Source of the DNA: an uncultured delta proteobacterium
GTDB lineage: Bacteria > Desulfobacterota > Desulfomonilia > Desulfomonilales > Desulfomonilaceae
Length of the DNA stretch: 64,000 nucleotides
NCBI GenBank assembly: GCA_963789265.1
Contig: CAWBKB010000005.1
Span: 480,001-544,000 of the forward strand
Reading direction: 5' to 3'
Position numbers and translations under genes: made by a program. The notes beneath the pieces were generated by a model. It was not told the origin of the DNA, did not search any database, and worked only from the letters and a program-made list of their open reading frames with translations. This document shows, one piece after another, positions 43,139 through 52,427 of the stretch (position 1 is its first letter; each line of letters starts with the position of its first letter).

Positions 43139-45286
43139 TCAAACCAGCGTCTGAATCGCTAGGATCAACAATAGACTCATCAGAACGTATCCCGCGTATG
43201 CGTTTACACGTGCTGAATGCATGCGCACCAGGACTGTTGCCAACCATCGGGCCAATCGCAGAACAGGATTGACGGCCAATCTGTCCATTACATACGTTTC
43301 CTCGCGTCCATTTCTTATCGCGGTTCGGAAATGCCCGGCAATGCTCTCCTTTGCATTTTCAACCAGCGACGGGCGGAAGATGGAGTCGAAGATCACGCGT
43401 ACAGGATTGGAAAATCCGGTGGCAGTGTAGGTCATCTCAGGTAGCAGCCGACGAATTCCGCCATCCCAGACGGCTTGGCGTTTAACCGACCGCCCTCTGA
43501 AGAGCAGCCGGAACACTAAAACACTTGCCCCCAGGAGGAACGCTAATACGACCAGGGTGTAAGATGTAGACATCGCAAAGACGACCGGGTTGCTCTTCGA
43601 ACCCCGATGCAAAATCACCAGCCCTCGGCCCGGCAAGATTTCTCGGCCCACCTGCGCGCCCAAGTCATGAAATTCAGATACAAAAGCTTTGTTAAAACTG
43701 GGATTCCTATGAGCTGCGGAGAGAAAAAATGGCGGTACTAATTCATCGGCTACACTTTGATGTACCACAGGAGTGACGACGCGATCTATGACAGGAATTA
43801 TGAAGGTGGGTAAAATTCCAAACAGAAGGCATGCTGTGGCCAAGAAACCCATGGGAATCGACGTACAGCGCTTGGTTTCAGTCGCGGATTCCGCTTCTCT
43901 CGACCTGGCCATCCCCAAAAAACTCATGCCAAATGCTTTGACAAAGCAGGTGACCGCCAATGCAGCGGTAAGCGCCAATGTGGCACCGCACAAAGCGAAT
44001 GCGATCTTGACCCCTGCGGAGGAAAGCACAGAACTCTGAAGAAGCGTTTGCAGCGTCAGCCACTCAGTCACAAATCCGTTGAAAGGAGGAAGAGCTGCTA
44101 TCGAAAGCGCCCCAATCAGAAAGAAGACTGCCGTCCGCGGCATTCTCTTGATCAGCCCTCCCAGCCGATTCATGTCCCTGGTCCCGGCGTTTACATCCAC
44201 GGCGCCGGCACCGATAAACAAGAGCGCCTTGTACAGAGAGTGATTGAGCATGTGATAAAGCCCGACGATGAAAGCGATCCCGGCCAGCGCGGAATGCCCA
44301 TAGGAAATGAAGATGAACCCTGCACCGAGGCAGGCCGTGATTATGCCCATGTTTTCAATGGAACTGTGCGCCAGCATCTTCTTCATGTCGTTTTCGATAG
44401 TGGCGTAAAGGATGCCAATCAGTGCGGATAGGCTTCCGACAACCAGGACTATAAGCCCTTGCCCGACATGGCTAACGGGAAGCAGATCCATGTTCACGCG
44501 CACAATTCCATAGATACCCAGATTGAGAATGATGCCCGACAAGATCGCAGACACATTCGCAGGAGCAGCAGGGTGGGCTCTGGGCAGCCATGTGGAGGAG
44601 GGAATAAGGCCCGCTTTTACGCCAAAGCCGAAGAACGAAAGGAGAAAGATTGCCCATCTGGCGAATTCTCCGAGCCCGCTTGATGCGCTCTTCAGCGATG
44701 CAAAATCGAAGCTCCCCGACGCCCCCGTCAGCAGGAGAAGCCCGAGCGCCGCTGCAACTGTCCCGCCCTCGCTCATGGCCAACATCAAGAGGCCTGAACG
44801 GGTGACTTCCTCGCGTTCATGCTCATAGTTCACGAGCAGATACGAGAGAATGGTCATCACTTCCCAGGCGATCAAGAATGAGACAACGTCTCCGGCAACC
44901 AAGGTCAGGACGATGGATGCAAAAAGCAAGTGATAGAAAACGCCGAACGTTTTTAGACTATATCGGCCCCGATACTTTTCCATGTATTCGGCCGAGAAAA
45001 TCGAAATCGGTAAGTATACGAGCGCAGCAATGAAAATGAACAAGGACGAAATGCGATCCATGTTGAGATCGATTGTCCCGAAATATGGCAGATTCCAGAG
45101 ACCGGCATGAAAAGAGTATCCGAATAAAAGCACTCCGCCGCTGGCTGTTAAGGCTATGACTGAGGCTATGGACCCCACCGCTGCAAGCACCGGCAGGTTC
45201 ATTCGGTCCGGAAGTATAGCGGCGAGAATGGCCCCGATTCCGCATGTGGCCAAAAAGAGAAGAAAAAGGTGGCACGTATCAATCAT
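43139..45286 (-). CDS. HyfB-like antiporter-type membrane subunit (Ehr complex)
   Basis: WEVMT, KAGLIP..WLPRAHPAAP, LAHSSIEN, NHSLYK, LPPFNGFVTEW; ATGA overlap with the upstream gene. Confidence 0.9.
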   Translation of the reverse strand: MIDTCHLFLLFLATCGIGAILAAILPDRMNLPVLAAVGSIASVIALTASGGVLLFGYSFHAGLWNLPYFGTIDLNMDRISSLFIFIAALVYLPISIFSAEYMEKYRGRYSLKTFGVFYHLLFASIVLTLVAGDVVSFLIAWEVMTILSYLLVNYEHEREEVTRSGLLMLAMSEGGTVAAALGLLLLTGASGSFDFASLKSASSGLGEFARWAIFLLSFFGFGVKAGLIPSSTWLPRAHPAAPANVSAILSGIILNLGIYGIVRVNMDLLPVSHVGQGLIVLVVGSLSALIGILYATIENDMKKMLAHSSIENMGIITACLGAGFIFISYGHSALAGIAFIVGLYHMLNHSLYKALLFIGAGAVDVNAGTRDMNRLGGLIKRMPRTAVFFLIGALSIAALPPFNGFVTEWLTLQTLLQSSVLSSAGVKIAFALCGATLALTAALAVTCFVKAFGMSFLGMARSREAESATETKRCTSIPMGFLATACLLFGILPTFIIPVIDRVVTPVVHQSVADELVPPFFLSAAHRNPSFNKAFVSEFHDLGAQVGREILPGRGLVILHRGSKSNPVVFAMSTSYTLVVLAFLLGASVLVFRLLFRGRSVKRQAVWDGGIRRLLPEMTYTATGFSNPVRVIFDSIFRPSLVENAKESIAGHFRTAIRNGREETYVMDRLAVNPVLRLARWLATVLVRMHSARVNAYAGYVLMSLLLILAIQTLV

Positions 45287-46053
45287 TCCACAATCCTCCG
45301 TTGGATCGATGCAACGGGCTCTGCCACAGCCCCGGCTCGGCGTCCTGCTGCCACGAGTAATCCGTGAATCAACGCGAGAGGCGGCGGCGGGCAGCCGGGA
45401 ATCTCGACATCCACCGGAATCTCTTCGGCCACTCCAGCGCCGCAGGTGAAGCTCGGTCCAAAGACTCCTCCGGAGAGCGCACATGTGCCTACCGCAATTA
45501 CCTTTTTGGGCGTGGGCACAGCATTGTACGCTCTTTGCAACGGGAGCCGCATGTTATCCGTCACCGGACCGGCAACCAGCAATACGTCCGCTTGCCTGGG
45601 GGTCGGAGTCATGAAGAAGCCCAGCCTGTGGACGTTGTAGTAGGGCTTGCCGAGCTGTTCAATCTCGCTCAAGCATGCCCGGCAAGCTCCCGCGTCGAGC
45701 ACACGTACGTGCATAGAACGAGCAAAGGGCTTGCCCAGCCTACGTGACGAATCGGTCTCATCGGCGAGAGAAACTGCCCATTCATAACCCCACTCGCGAT
45801 CGAGAGGCTCAGACAGCCCACGCGAACACCGAAAACACTGAATGCAATGCCGGTAATCCACGGAGATTCGCTCCTCCGTAAGCCGGATAGCTTTCGTGGG
45901 ACATACGGGGACGACCGAAGACTGCGTTCCTGCTCCCCCGGTCAACATGCCGCAAGGCCGCCCGGGAGAAACGCCGGCAGCGGTCTCGACAGAGTCCGGA
46001 TATAACGTCGTCTTGGTCCCCGTGCGCAGTCCCATTAAAACCCATTTGGACAT
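45283..46053 (-). CDS. HyfI/NuoB-like small subunit with N-terminal ferredoxin-like segment
   Basis: CPTKAI..CIQCFRC; DAGACRAC, PRQADVLLVAG, GTCALSGG, PGCPP. Confidence 0.88.
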   Translation of the reverse strand: MSKWVLMGLRTGTKTTLYPDSVETAAGVSPGRPCGMLTGGAGTQSSVVPVCPTKAIRLTEERISVDYRHCIQCFRCSRGLSEPLDREWGYEWAVSLADETDSSRRLGKPFARSMHVRVLDAGACRACLSEIEQLGKPYYNVHRLGFFMTPTPRQADVLLVAGPVTDNMRLPLQRAYNAVPTPKKVIAVGTCALSGGVFGPSFTCGAGVAEEIPVDVEIPGCPPPPLALIHGLLVAAGRRAGAVAEPVASIQRRIVE

Positions 46054-46067
46054 GTCTCACTCTCCTC

Positions 46068-47675
46068 CTAACGGTCACATTCTGCGTTCGAAAGTCCGAA
46101 TGTGGCCATAATGATGGGGAAGTCCTGAAAGGCGAAATTTTCGGCCGCCCAATGGAATCCATGCCAATTCGTGAACGACGGCGTTGTGACTCGATATCGC
46201 CCAATTCTTCCGTCGTCTCGGATACTCAACCAATGGAAGGCTGCTCCCAGCGGGGCTTCCACCCATGCCAGGCATTCACCGGCAACAATCTCAAAATCCG
46301 AGGACATAACATCCCCCTGAGGAAGCGAAGAGGCTATTTGTCGCACGATACGCGCCGATTCTTCCGCCTCACTGAATAGGACGCGGAGACGAGCATAGCC
46401 GTCCCCCTCGGATTCGACCGGTGTCCTGAATTCCAGCCCGGCATTGTAAAACCCGTAAGGCAATACCTTGCGCATATCGCGTGAAACTCCGGATCCTCTG
46501 GCAATAGGCCCCACAAGCCCGTATGAAACCGCGTTTTGAAGTGAAACCGTACCCACTTCCTCGAGGCGGTCCAAAAAGCTGCTGGAAAAACGTAACTTTT
46601 CCTGTAAGGCCTTTAATTTGTCTGCGACACGTTCGACCGACTGGCTCAAGTTTCGGCACTGATCTCCGCTCAGATCCAGCGACATCCCGCCCGGAATGCT
46701 GGTGCCGAACAAATAGCGGTGCCCCGCAATCACGCATGAAAGCCGAAGTAGCTCTTCTTCCAGAATGCCGGCCTGACTTGTGGCGACGGCCAGAGCTGTA
46801 GAACCGCAGATGCCTGTTATAGCGCCTACGTGGTGGCGCAAACGCTCCAATTCCGCCAAAAGCACACGTAAGGCTTGGCCGCGGGCAGGTGGTTGAACGC
46901 CGCAGATTTGTTCCACTGCCTGACAAAAAGCAAGCGCGTGGGCAAACGCCGAAGTCCCTGAAAAACGCTCGGCCATCAAAAGGACATGCTCAATAGGCTG
47001 CCCCTCTGCCAGTTTTTCGAGTCCACGATACTTGTAGAAAAAGCGTGGGGTGGTACGAACGACATCCTCGCCAACCGTTTCCAGGAAGAACTGAGCAGAC
47101 TCCGCGTAGTCGGAATAAACCGGCCCTATGGGCATCATAAAGGCTCCGGGGGCTTGAAGGATCTGCAAAGGCCGCCATTCCGGGTCCACTTCTTTATGGG
47201 GATATGGCACGGATGGGTCGAAATCCGACCTCATAGGGTTGACTCCTTCCGGCCATTCCTCGTGCAACACAAAATCCCCGAGCCTTGGATGGCCCTCGAA
47301 GGTGAGTCCAAAAAGGTCTTCCACTTCTCGCTCATGCCAATCCGCCGCATGAACGTGCGCGCTGATACTGGGAATAACCGTGTTTGTTTTGGGCTGGTGA
47401 AGCAGTACATGAATCTGACCACACTCGGGATCTCCATAGAAAACATAGCGGAGAAACCAGTGAGAAGAATTCTCTTGGACAATCAATGTGGCAAAGGTGT
47501 ACTTGGCATGAGAAACAAGCAGTCCGCACACTTCCTGCAACTCACCTGGGCCGCATTCAATCAGGACCGAGAGCTTCTGTGTGTCGACGTTTACCTTCAC
47601 TTCTCCTGTCCAGCGCGTCTCCAGGACCTTGAGTAATTTCTCCGGCTTCAGTGCGCAGTTAGATGAACATGGCAT
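46068..47675 (-). CDS. HyfG/HycE-like large subunit (NuoC+D fold) lacking NiFe cysteines (Ehr type)
   Basis: WHEREVEDLFGL.FEGHP, YKYRGLEK, ELERLRHH, GDGYAR, VEAPLG. The CxxC positions read ERFSGTS and GLSNAECDR. Confidence 0.9.
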   Translation of the reverse strand: MPCSSNCALKPEKLLKVLETRWTGEVKVNVDTQKLSVLIECGPGELQEVCGLLVSHAKYTFATLIVQENSSHWFLRYVFYGDPECGQIHVLLHQPKTNTVIPSISAHVHAADWHEREVEDLFGLTFEGHPRLGDFVLHEEWPEGVNPMRSDFDPSVPYPHKEVDPEWRPLQILQAPGAFMMPIGPVYSDYAESAQFFLETVGEDVVRTTPRFFYKYRGLEKLAEGQPIEHVLLMAERFSGTSAFAHALAFCQAVEQICGVQPPARGQALRVLLAELERLRHHVGAITGICGSTALAVATSQAGILEEELLRLSCVIAGHRYLFGTSIPGGMSLDLSGDQCRNLSQSVERVADKLKALQEKLRFSSSFLDRLEEVGTVSLQNAVSYGLVGPIARGSGVSRDMRKVLPYGFYNAGLEFRTPVESEGDGYARLRVLFSEAEESARIVRQIASSLPQGDVMSSDFEIVAGECLAWVEAPLGAAFHWLSIRDDGRIGRYRVTTPSFTNWHGFHWAAENFAFQDFPIIMATFGLSNAECDR

Positions 47676-47682
47676 TATGCGG

Positions 47683-49131
47683 TCACCTCCCCAGTGCATT
47701 TGCCGCCTGGCGTAAGAGCTCAAGAAGCGGCCCGGGAATATAAAGTCCGAACAGACAAACCGGGATTGCCGCCAGCGACAGACATGCAGCGTAACTCTTT
47801 GGCAACGCGGGCCATCCGGGGCGAGGCATAGGCTTTCCGAATACCATGCGGGAGACGTGAAACATGATTCCACAGAAGGCTATAACTACAAAGAGAGCCA
47901 GCATGCCCGTGATTAAGTATTGGCCGGTGGAAACTCCCGCTTTTAAGATGGTGAGTTCGCTTAAAAAGACAGCAAAGGGAGGAGCCCCTGAAATCGCCAG
48001 TGCCCCCAGGAGAAGTGACACGCCAACCAGGGGCGATTCCCGAATAAGGCCTTGTACCGAGTTAATGTCGCGCGCGCCGGCGATTCTGAGCGCGGCACCG
48101 GCGGCAAAGAAACAGAAAGATTTTGCAACTGTATGGGTAACCATCTGATAGATGGCGCCAAAATCGGCGGCAGCTCCGCCCAGGCCAACGGCCACCAAAA
48201 TAATGCCCATGTGTTTTATGGTAGAAAACGCGAAAAGGCGTTTATATTCTTTTACTTGAATCAACAGGAAGGCCGCGAAACCGGTTGACACCAAACCGAA
48301 AATCAAAATCCATTTCTCGGGGGTGCCACCTGAAATCGCTTGTACGGCCGGTGTTACTCTCAATATGGCGTAAAGAGCAGTGGAAGTCTCCACACCGGAA
48401 AGAAGCGCGCAAACCGGCGACGGCGCCTGGCTGTGAGCATCAGGAAGCCAGGTGTGGAGAGGAACCAAACCGGCCTTGGTTCCGAATCCGATAAGGATGA
48501 ACAGGAATCCTGTCTGCAGCATTGCCGGAGGCATTTTCGGCGCGGCTGCAACCAGGCCCGACCAAGTCAAAGGCCCCCCTCCCGAGAGGGTCATGCCCCA
48601 ATATAGAATCAAGATCCCGAAAAGTGCGAGTGCGGCCCCCATGCACGTGAGCACAGCATATTTCCACGCGGCTTCAACAGCCTCGGGGGTGTTCGGAAAG
48701 CTGACAAGAAATACCGACAAAAGCGTGGTTAGCTCGACCGCGATCCAAACCAGCGTGACATGCGACAAGACTGGAACAGCCAGCATCGAAACAAGGAAAA
48801 GGTTGTAGCGCCAATAATAGCGTCGCGCCCTTTCAGCTCCGTTGGATCCAACTGTCTTTCCGATGTATCCCCACGAAAAAACGGCGGCTGTGAGTCCGAC
48901 AAAGGAAACCAGCAACAGGAGCAACCCACCCAAGGCATCGCATGCGATCCATCCTTTTATTGCCACAACATTGTGGCCGGCAGAGGTTTTCAGAGCTGCA
49001 TGCAAAGAGGCGATGAAAACCACCACAGTCCCCAGGATGGTAGTCAAAGGTGCAAGGCTACGAACTTTTGTCGGAATCCAAGAAAGGGCTGCAGCAACAA
49101 CAGGTACCAGAAGGATGTATATGAGTTCCAT
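47683..49131 (-). CDS. HyfF-like membrane subunit
   Basis: WIAVELTT, EAAWKY, GTKAGLVPLHTWLPDAHSQAP, KRLFAFS. Confidence 0.9.
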   Translation of the reverse strand: MELIYILLVPVVAAALSWIPTKVRSLAPLTTILGTVVVFIASLHAALKTSAGHNVVAIKGWIACDALGGLLLLLVSFVGLTAAVFSWGYIGKTVGSNGAERARRYYWRYNLFLVSMLAVPVLSHVTLVWIAVELTTLLSVFLVSFPNTPEAVEAAWKYAVLTCMGAALALFGILILYWGMTLSGGGPLTWSGLVAAAPKMPPAMLQTGFLFILIGFGTKAGLVPLHTWLPDAHSQAPSPVCALLSGVETSTALYAILRVTPAVQAISGGTPEKWILIFGLVSTGFAAFLLIQVKEYKRLFAFSTIKHMGIILVAVGLGGAAADFGAIYQMVTHTVAKSFCFFAAGAALRIAGARDINSVQGLIRESPLVGVSLLLGALAISGAPPFAVFLSELTILKAGVSTGQYLITGMLALFVVIAFCGIMFHVSRMVFGKPMPRPGWPALPKSYAACLSLAAIPVCLFGLYIPGPLLELLRQAANALGR

Positions 49132-49137
49132 AAGTTG

Positions 49138-49824
49138 CTATTCCTCTATCAGGGCGGCCATCTCGCCTACCGCGGTGGTTCCGATGTGTTCGTGGACCTT
49201 CATAATAAGGATTCCCATTACCCTTGCGATGATGAGTAACTCAAAAGCGGCAGCCAGTTCGGCTATAAGCGGAAGATTCGGGGCAATCGAAATACCGGCG
49301 AAAAATGCCCCGTTCTCCATGGACAGAAGGGCGATTACCTGTGGAACCGCCTCACGCCTCACAGTCATCGCGTAGGCTCCCAGGAGTAGACCTGCCAGAC
49401 CGATGGGCAGGTTAACCGAAGCAGCTCCTCCAGCCGGGGCCGCTTTAAGGAGGGGCACTGAAACGAAATAGGCGAAAACAACTAGGACGAGCGAAATTAA
49501 TAGGGATGTGGGGATATTCAAAGCCTGGGAGATCTCTCGGCGAGAGCGAAGTTCATTTCCCAGCCTTCCTAACAAGAGCCAGGGAAGCAATGCGACCTTG
49601 ACGGCAAGAGTTATTCCGCCGACTACAAAAAGTTCGTTCGAGCCGTTTTGGTACCCCAGGAGAAATGCAGATGCCGCGAGAAGCGCAGCCTGAATCACGA
49701 ATGTCCTAAGACACGCGAGAACCTGCCGCGTGGCAATGAGACCAAAGGCCGTCAAAAGGAAGAGAGCCGCGGCAAGCGCATTTAACTCGGTCAATGGAAG
49801 AATTGTGGTGTTTGTGCCAGGCAT
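49138..49824 (-). CDS. HyfE-like membrane subunit
   Basis: Hydrophobic; KVALLP, QVIALLSMENG, IAEL; AGGAGG RBS. Confidence 0.85.
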   Translation of the reverse strand: MPGTNTTILPLTELNALAAALFLLTAFGLIATRQVLACLRTFVIQAALLAASAFLLGYQNGSNELFVVGGITLAVKVALLPWLLLGRLGNELRSRREISQALNIPTSLLISLVLVVFAYFVSVPLLKAAPAGGAASVNLPIGLAGLLLGAYAMTVRREAVPQVIALLSMENGAFFAGISIAPNLPLIAELAAAFELLIIARVMGILIMKVHEHIGTTAVGEMAALIEE

Positions 49825-49835
49825 GCCGGTCCCTC

Positions 49836-50787
49836 CTAAAATTGCAGCAGTCGCGTGATTACGGCAGCGACGGATGTTACAAAAGCGGCGCCGAGAAATT
49901 CCGGAATTCTGAAAAGTCTCAGTTTGGCAAGCGAGGATTCGATGGCGACCAAAACCAGGACAAATGCCAGGATTTTTGTCAAGATTAGCGGAACTGCCAG
50001 CAACAACTCTCCGACAGATTGTCCGTGAGCAAGACCCCAGGGACTGACCAGCACGTTGAGGAATATGCATAGAAGTACAAAGAACTTCATGCATCCCCCC
50101 CATTTCATCAAAGCGGCGCCTCGGCCAGAATACTCCAGTCCCTTGGACTCATCCACCATGGCTAGCTCGAAATGGCCGGAAGGGCTGTCTACAGGGATGC
50201 TTCCGGTTTCAGCGATGATCAGCATCAGGAACGACAGAACCACCAGCACATGCGCGGGTTCAAAGAAATTCGCCATAGGCGTGACCCAGTGTTTTTGAAC
50301 GATGTATGGAATGGTGGAACCTGCAACGAATGAGACGGTGAAGAAAACAATCATGAACACCGGTTCGGCTAAAAATCCCACCATCCTAGTACCGGCTGGC
50401 CCCCATTGGACCGTACGGGTTTGCAGTATCAATGGCCGCAAGCGTCGCAAAAAAGCCACCGAGAGCTAGAATAAAGCCACCTCCCAGCATGTCTGCCATG
50501 AAAGCGAAGAAGAGCGGGTAGCTCGTGAGGACAGGTATGAGCAGCGTCACGAAGATCGGCGTGACAAATACTATGTACGGGGTGACGCGAAAAATCCAAG
50601 AAGAGTGCTCGGATACGACTTCGTCTTTGTGAAAGAGCTTCCATATATCAAAGTACGGCTGAAAAACGCTGGGGCCTCGCTTGGACTGGATTCGCTCTTT
50701 AAGGCGACCAAGCACTCCCTTTACGAGAGGGGCAAAAGCCATTACCACGAGCACCTGCATTAAATTAAACAGGATTTTCTGGGCCAT
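49836..50787 (-). CDS. HyfC/HycD (NuoH-like) membrane subunit, apparent frameshift ~50392
   Basis: QSKRGPSVFQPYFDIWKLFHK...GPMGASR, then AEP, ETGSIPVD, ELAMVDE..EYSG, ESSLAKLRLFR. Confidence 0.88.
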
Positions 50788-50830
50788 GCGTTTACCTCCT
50801 GTCGCCATAGCCGCTTGTTAACAAGTCATG

Positions 50831-51035
50831 TCGAATCGCTTTCAAGCGAGTGATATTGGTTAGCTATCGAATAAGAGATAACCGGCAAATGGAGAATTGC
50901 ACTGACCTGAGCACCATCATGGTGCTCAGGTCAGTGGCACCCAACATCCATTCACGAGGTGCTGGGTGCCACGGATCGAGGCTTTGTGAGATCCGTGCTG
51001 TATTTATCGCTTGATAACGAACCAATATCACTGCT
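50831..51035 (+). repeat. Copy B of the triple-hairpin repeat, inside the riboswitch-1 leader
   Basis: Same three hairpins as copy A; framed by inverted repeat AGTGATATTGGTT/AACCAATATCACT. Confidence 0.8.
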
Positions 51036-51060
51036 CGAATACTCCCTATATAAGTCGAGA

Positions 51061-51097
51061 AAAACAAAAGACCCGCACCAGCAAAGCTGTGCGGGCT
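51061..51097 (-). terminator. Second intrinsic-terminator-like hairpin in the Ehr leader
   Basis: Minus strand CCCGCACAGC-TTT-GCTGGTGCGGG followed by TCTTTTGTTTTT. Confidence 0.5.
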
Positions 51098-51108
51098 ACG
51101 TTTAAACT

Positions 51109-51138
51109 AAAAACCCACCCAGCTTACACGGGGTGGGG
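51109..51138 (-). terminator. Riboswitch-1 terminator
   Basis: Minus strand CCCACCC-loop-GGGTGGG-TTTTT. Confidence 0.7.
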
Positions 51139-51175
51139 TAAGATCTATCTCTTAAGAGACTCCTACCCCATAGCG

Positions 51176-51233
51176 GTAGGAGTCATAAGCTCATAGGAAA
51201 AATCCCGGAGCAGTTCAGGCAGACTCCATTGCC
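51176..51233 (-). ncRNA. Fluoride (crcB) riboswitch 1, upstream of Ehr operon
   Basis: Minus strand GGCAATGGAGTCTGCCTGAACTGCTC...GAGCTTATGACTCCTAC fits the consensus (P1, GGAGU/ACUCC pseudoknot). TTGACA at 51274-51279 upstream. Confidence 0.88.
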
Positions 51234-51341
51234 TTCAATAGTGTCGCGCATAATTACAAAACAAATGCACCCTTGTCAAGCATGCTGAGAGCAACCAAGC
51301 GATCTGTTTCCTAAGTGCAGTCCTGTGTCATTTTTTAGGGT

Positions 51342-51410
51342 TAAGATTGCTTCGCTGCGCTCGCAATGACAGGTCCCCGAATGTCCTTGCGAGCGCAGCG
51401 AAGCAATCTT
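51342..51410. repeat. Free palindrome related to the MITE core
   Basis: AAGATTGCTTCGCTGCGCTCGCAATGACA...TGTCCTTGCGAGCGCAGCGAAGCAATCTT; arms in the opposite order, no terminal repeats. Confidence 0.7.
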
Positions 51411-51507
51411 AACTTTGATGCGGACTCATATTTATGCCATCGCGTACTACACCCCCTTGAGCCACCCGAGAGATGACTGCAAGGTTGCCGGCTCCACAAG
51501 TGCTGTA

Positions 51508-52254
51508 CTACAAATCGAGCACAGCGGACAGCGTCTCAGTCAGTTCCATAAAATCCGTTTGCATCTCCTTCGCCGGATCTCTCGCTTCACCAGCCGAATA
51601 AGTATAGCCAAAGTGTTTGTTGATGGCGAACGCTCTGTCTTTGCAATAAGCTTCAAGGGAAGGTTTGGTCATGCTGCCAATCAGGTACGCCCCAATTGAA
51701 CCACCCCATCTGAAATGGGGCCCGTCTCCTCCGCTGTCACCAACGATCACTACTTGATTCGGCCCTATCCCCGAAGAATTCATTACGGATTGGGTATTCT
51801 TGGGCTTGTCTTCAATTTCATTGACCCAATACATGTAACGAGGGGCTTCCGACTCTCCCAAAAAACGGATTAGAGGATTGGAGGCCACAAATGGAACATC
51901 AGGGATGAGATTCCGGGCAAGCATCCGCTGGAAATAGCCTTGCGGTCCGGTGGTATTAATCATGAAAAGAATGCCATGATCCCGGCACCATTGGATGAAA
52001 TCAGGGACGCCGCGATACGTAGCGAAGTTAGCGTCGAGATAAGCATCCATCTGATCTACCGTAATGGGAGCAGGAATCAGGGCCGAGATTTGTTGGGTGG
52101 CCTGGGTCAGAGAAATCTTGTTGCCCGTATACTCGGTAAAGATTTTAGATAGCTTTGGTTCCAGATCCGGATAGGTAAATGAAATCGGATCGAATGGACC
52201 GGATGGCGCCAAACATTGGTTCCAATCCGATGAAACGAGAGCCTGGTACTTCAT
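51508..52254 (-). CDS. HAD-superfamily-like hydrolase
   Basis: SSDWNQ (motif I-like), INTT, DKPK and GDSGGD; AAGGAAGG upstream of ATG 52254. Confidence 0.7.
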   Translation of the reverse strand: MKYQALVSSDWNQCLAPSGPFDPISFTYPDLEPKLSKIFTEYTGNKISLTQATQQISALIPAPITVDQMDAYLDANFATYRGVPDFIQWCRDHGILFMINTTGPQGYFQRMLARNLIPDVPFVASNPLIRFLGESEAPRYMYWVNEIEDKPKNTQSVMNSSGIGPNQVVIVGDSGGDGPHFRWGGSIGAYLIGSMTKPSLEAYCKDRAFAINKHFGYTYSAGEARDPAKEMQTDFMELTETLSAVLDL

Positions 52255-52427
52255 TTCTCTTATCCTTCCTTTCTCCTCAGATAAATTGCAACCGCTTCCC
52301 CGCCACCGCCGTGTCGCCAAGCCCAACGAAACTTATCGTGGGTAATGTACAGCGCGAAGAACATCTCGGTTATTTTCTCAGTTCGAAGATTCGGCAGGCC
52401 CAGCGGGGAATCACTCCAGCTTCTGCC

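Noticed and set aside
43139..50787. Functional [NiFe] hydrogenase-4 or formate hydrogenlyase
   Set aside because: Both Ni-binding CxxC motifs are missing and no maturation or fdh genes are adjacent.
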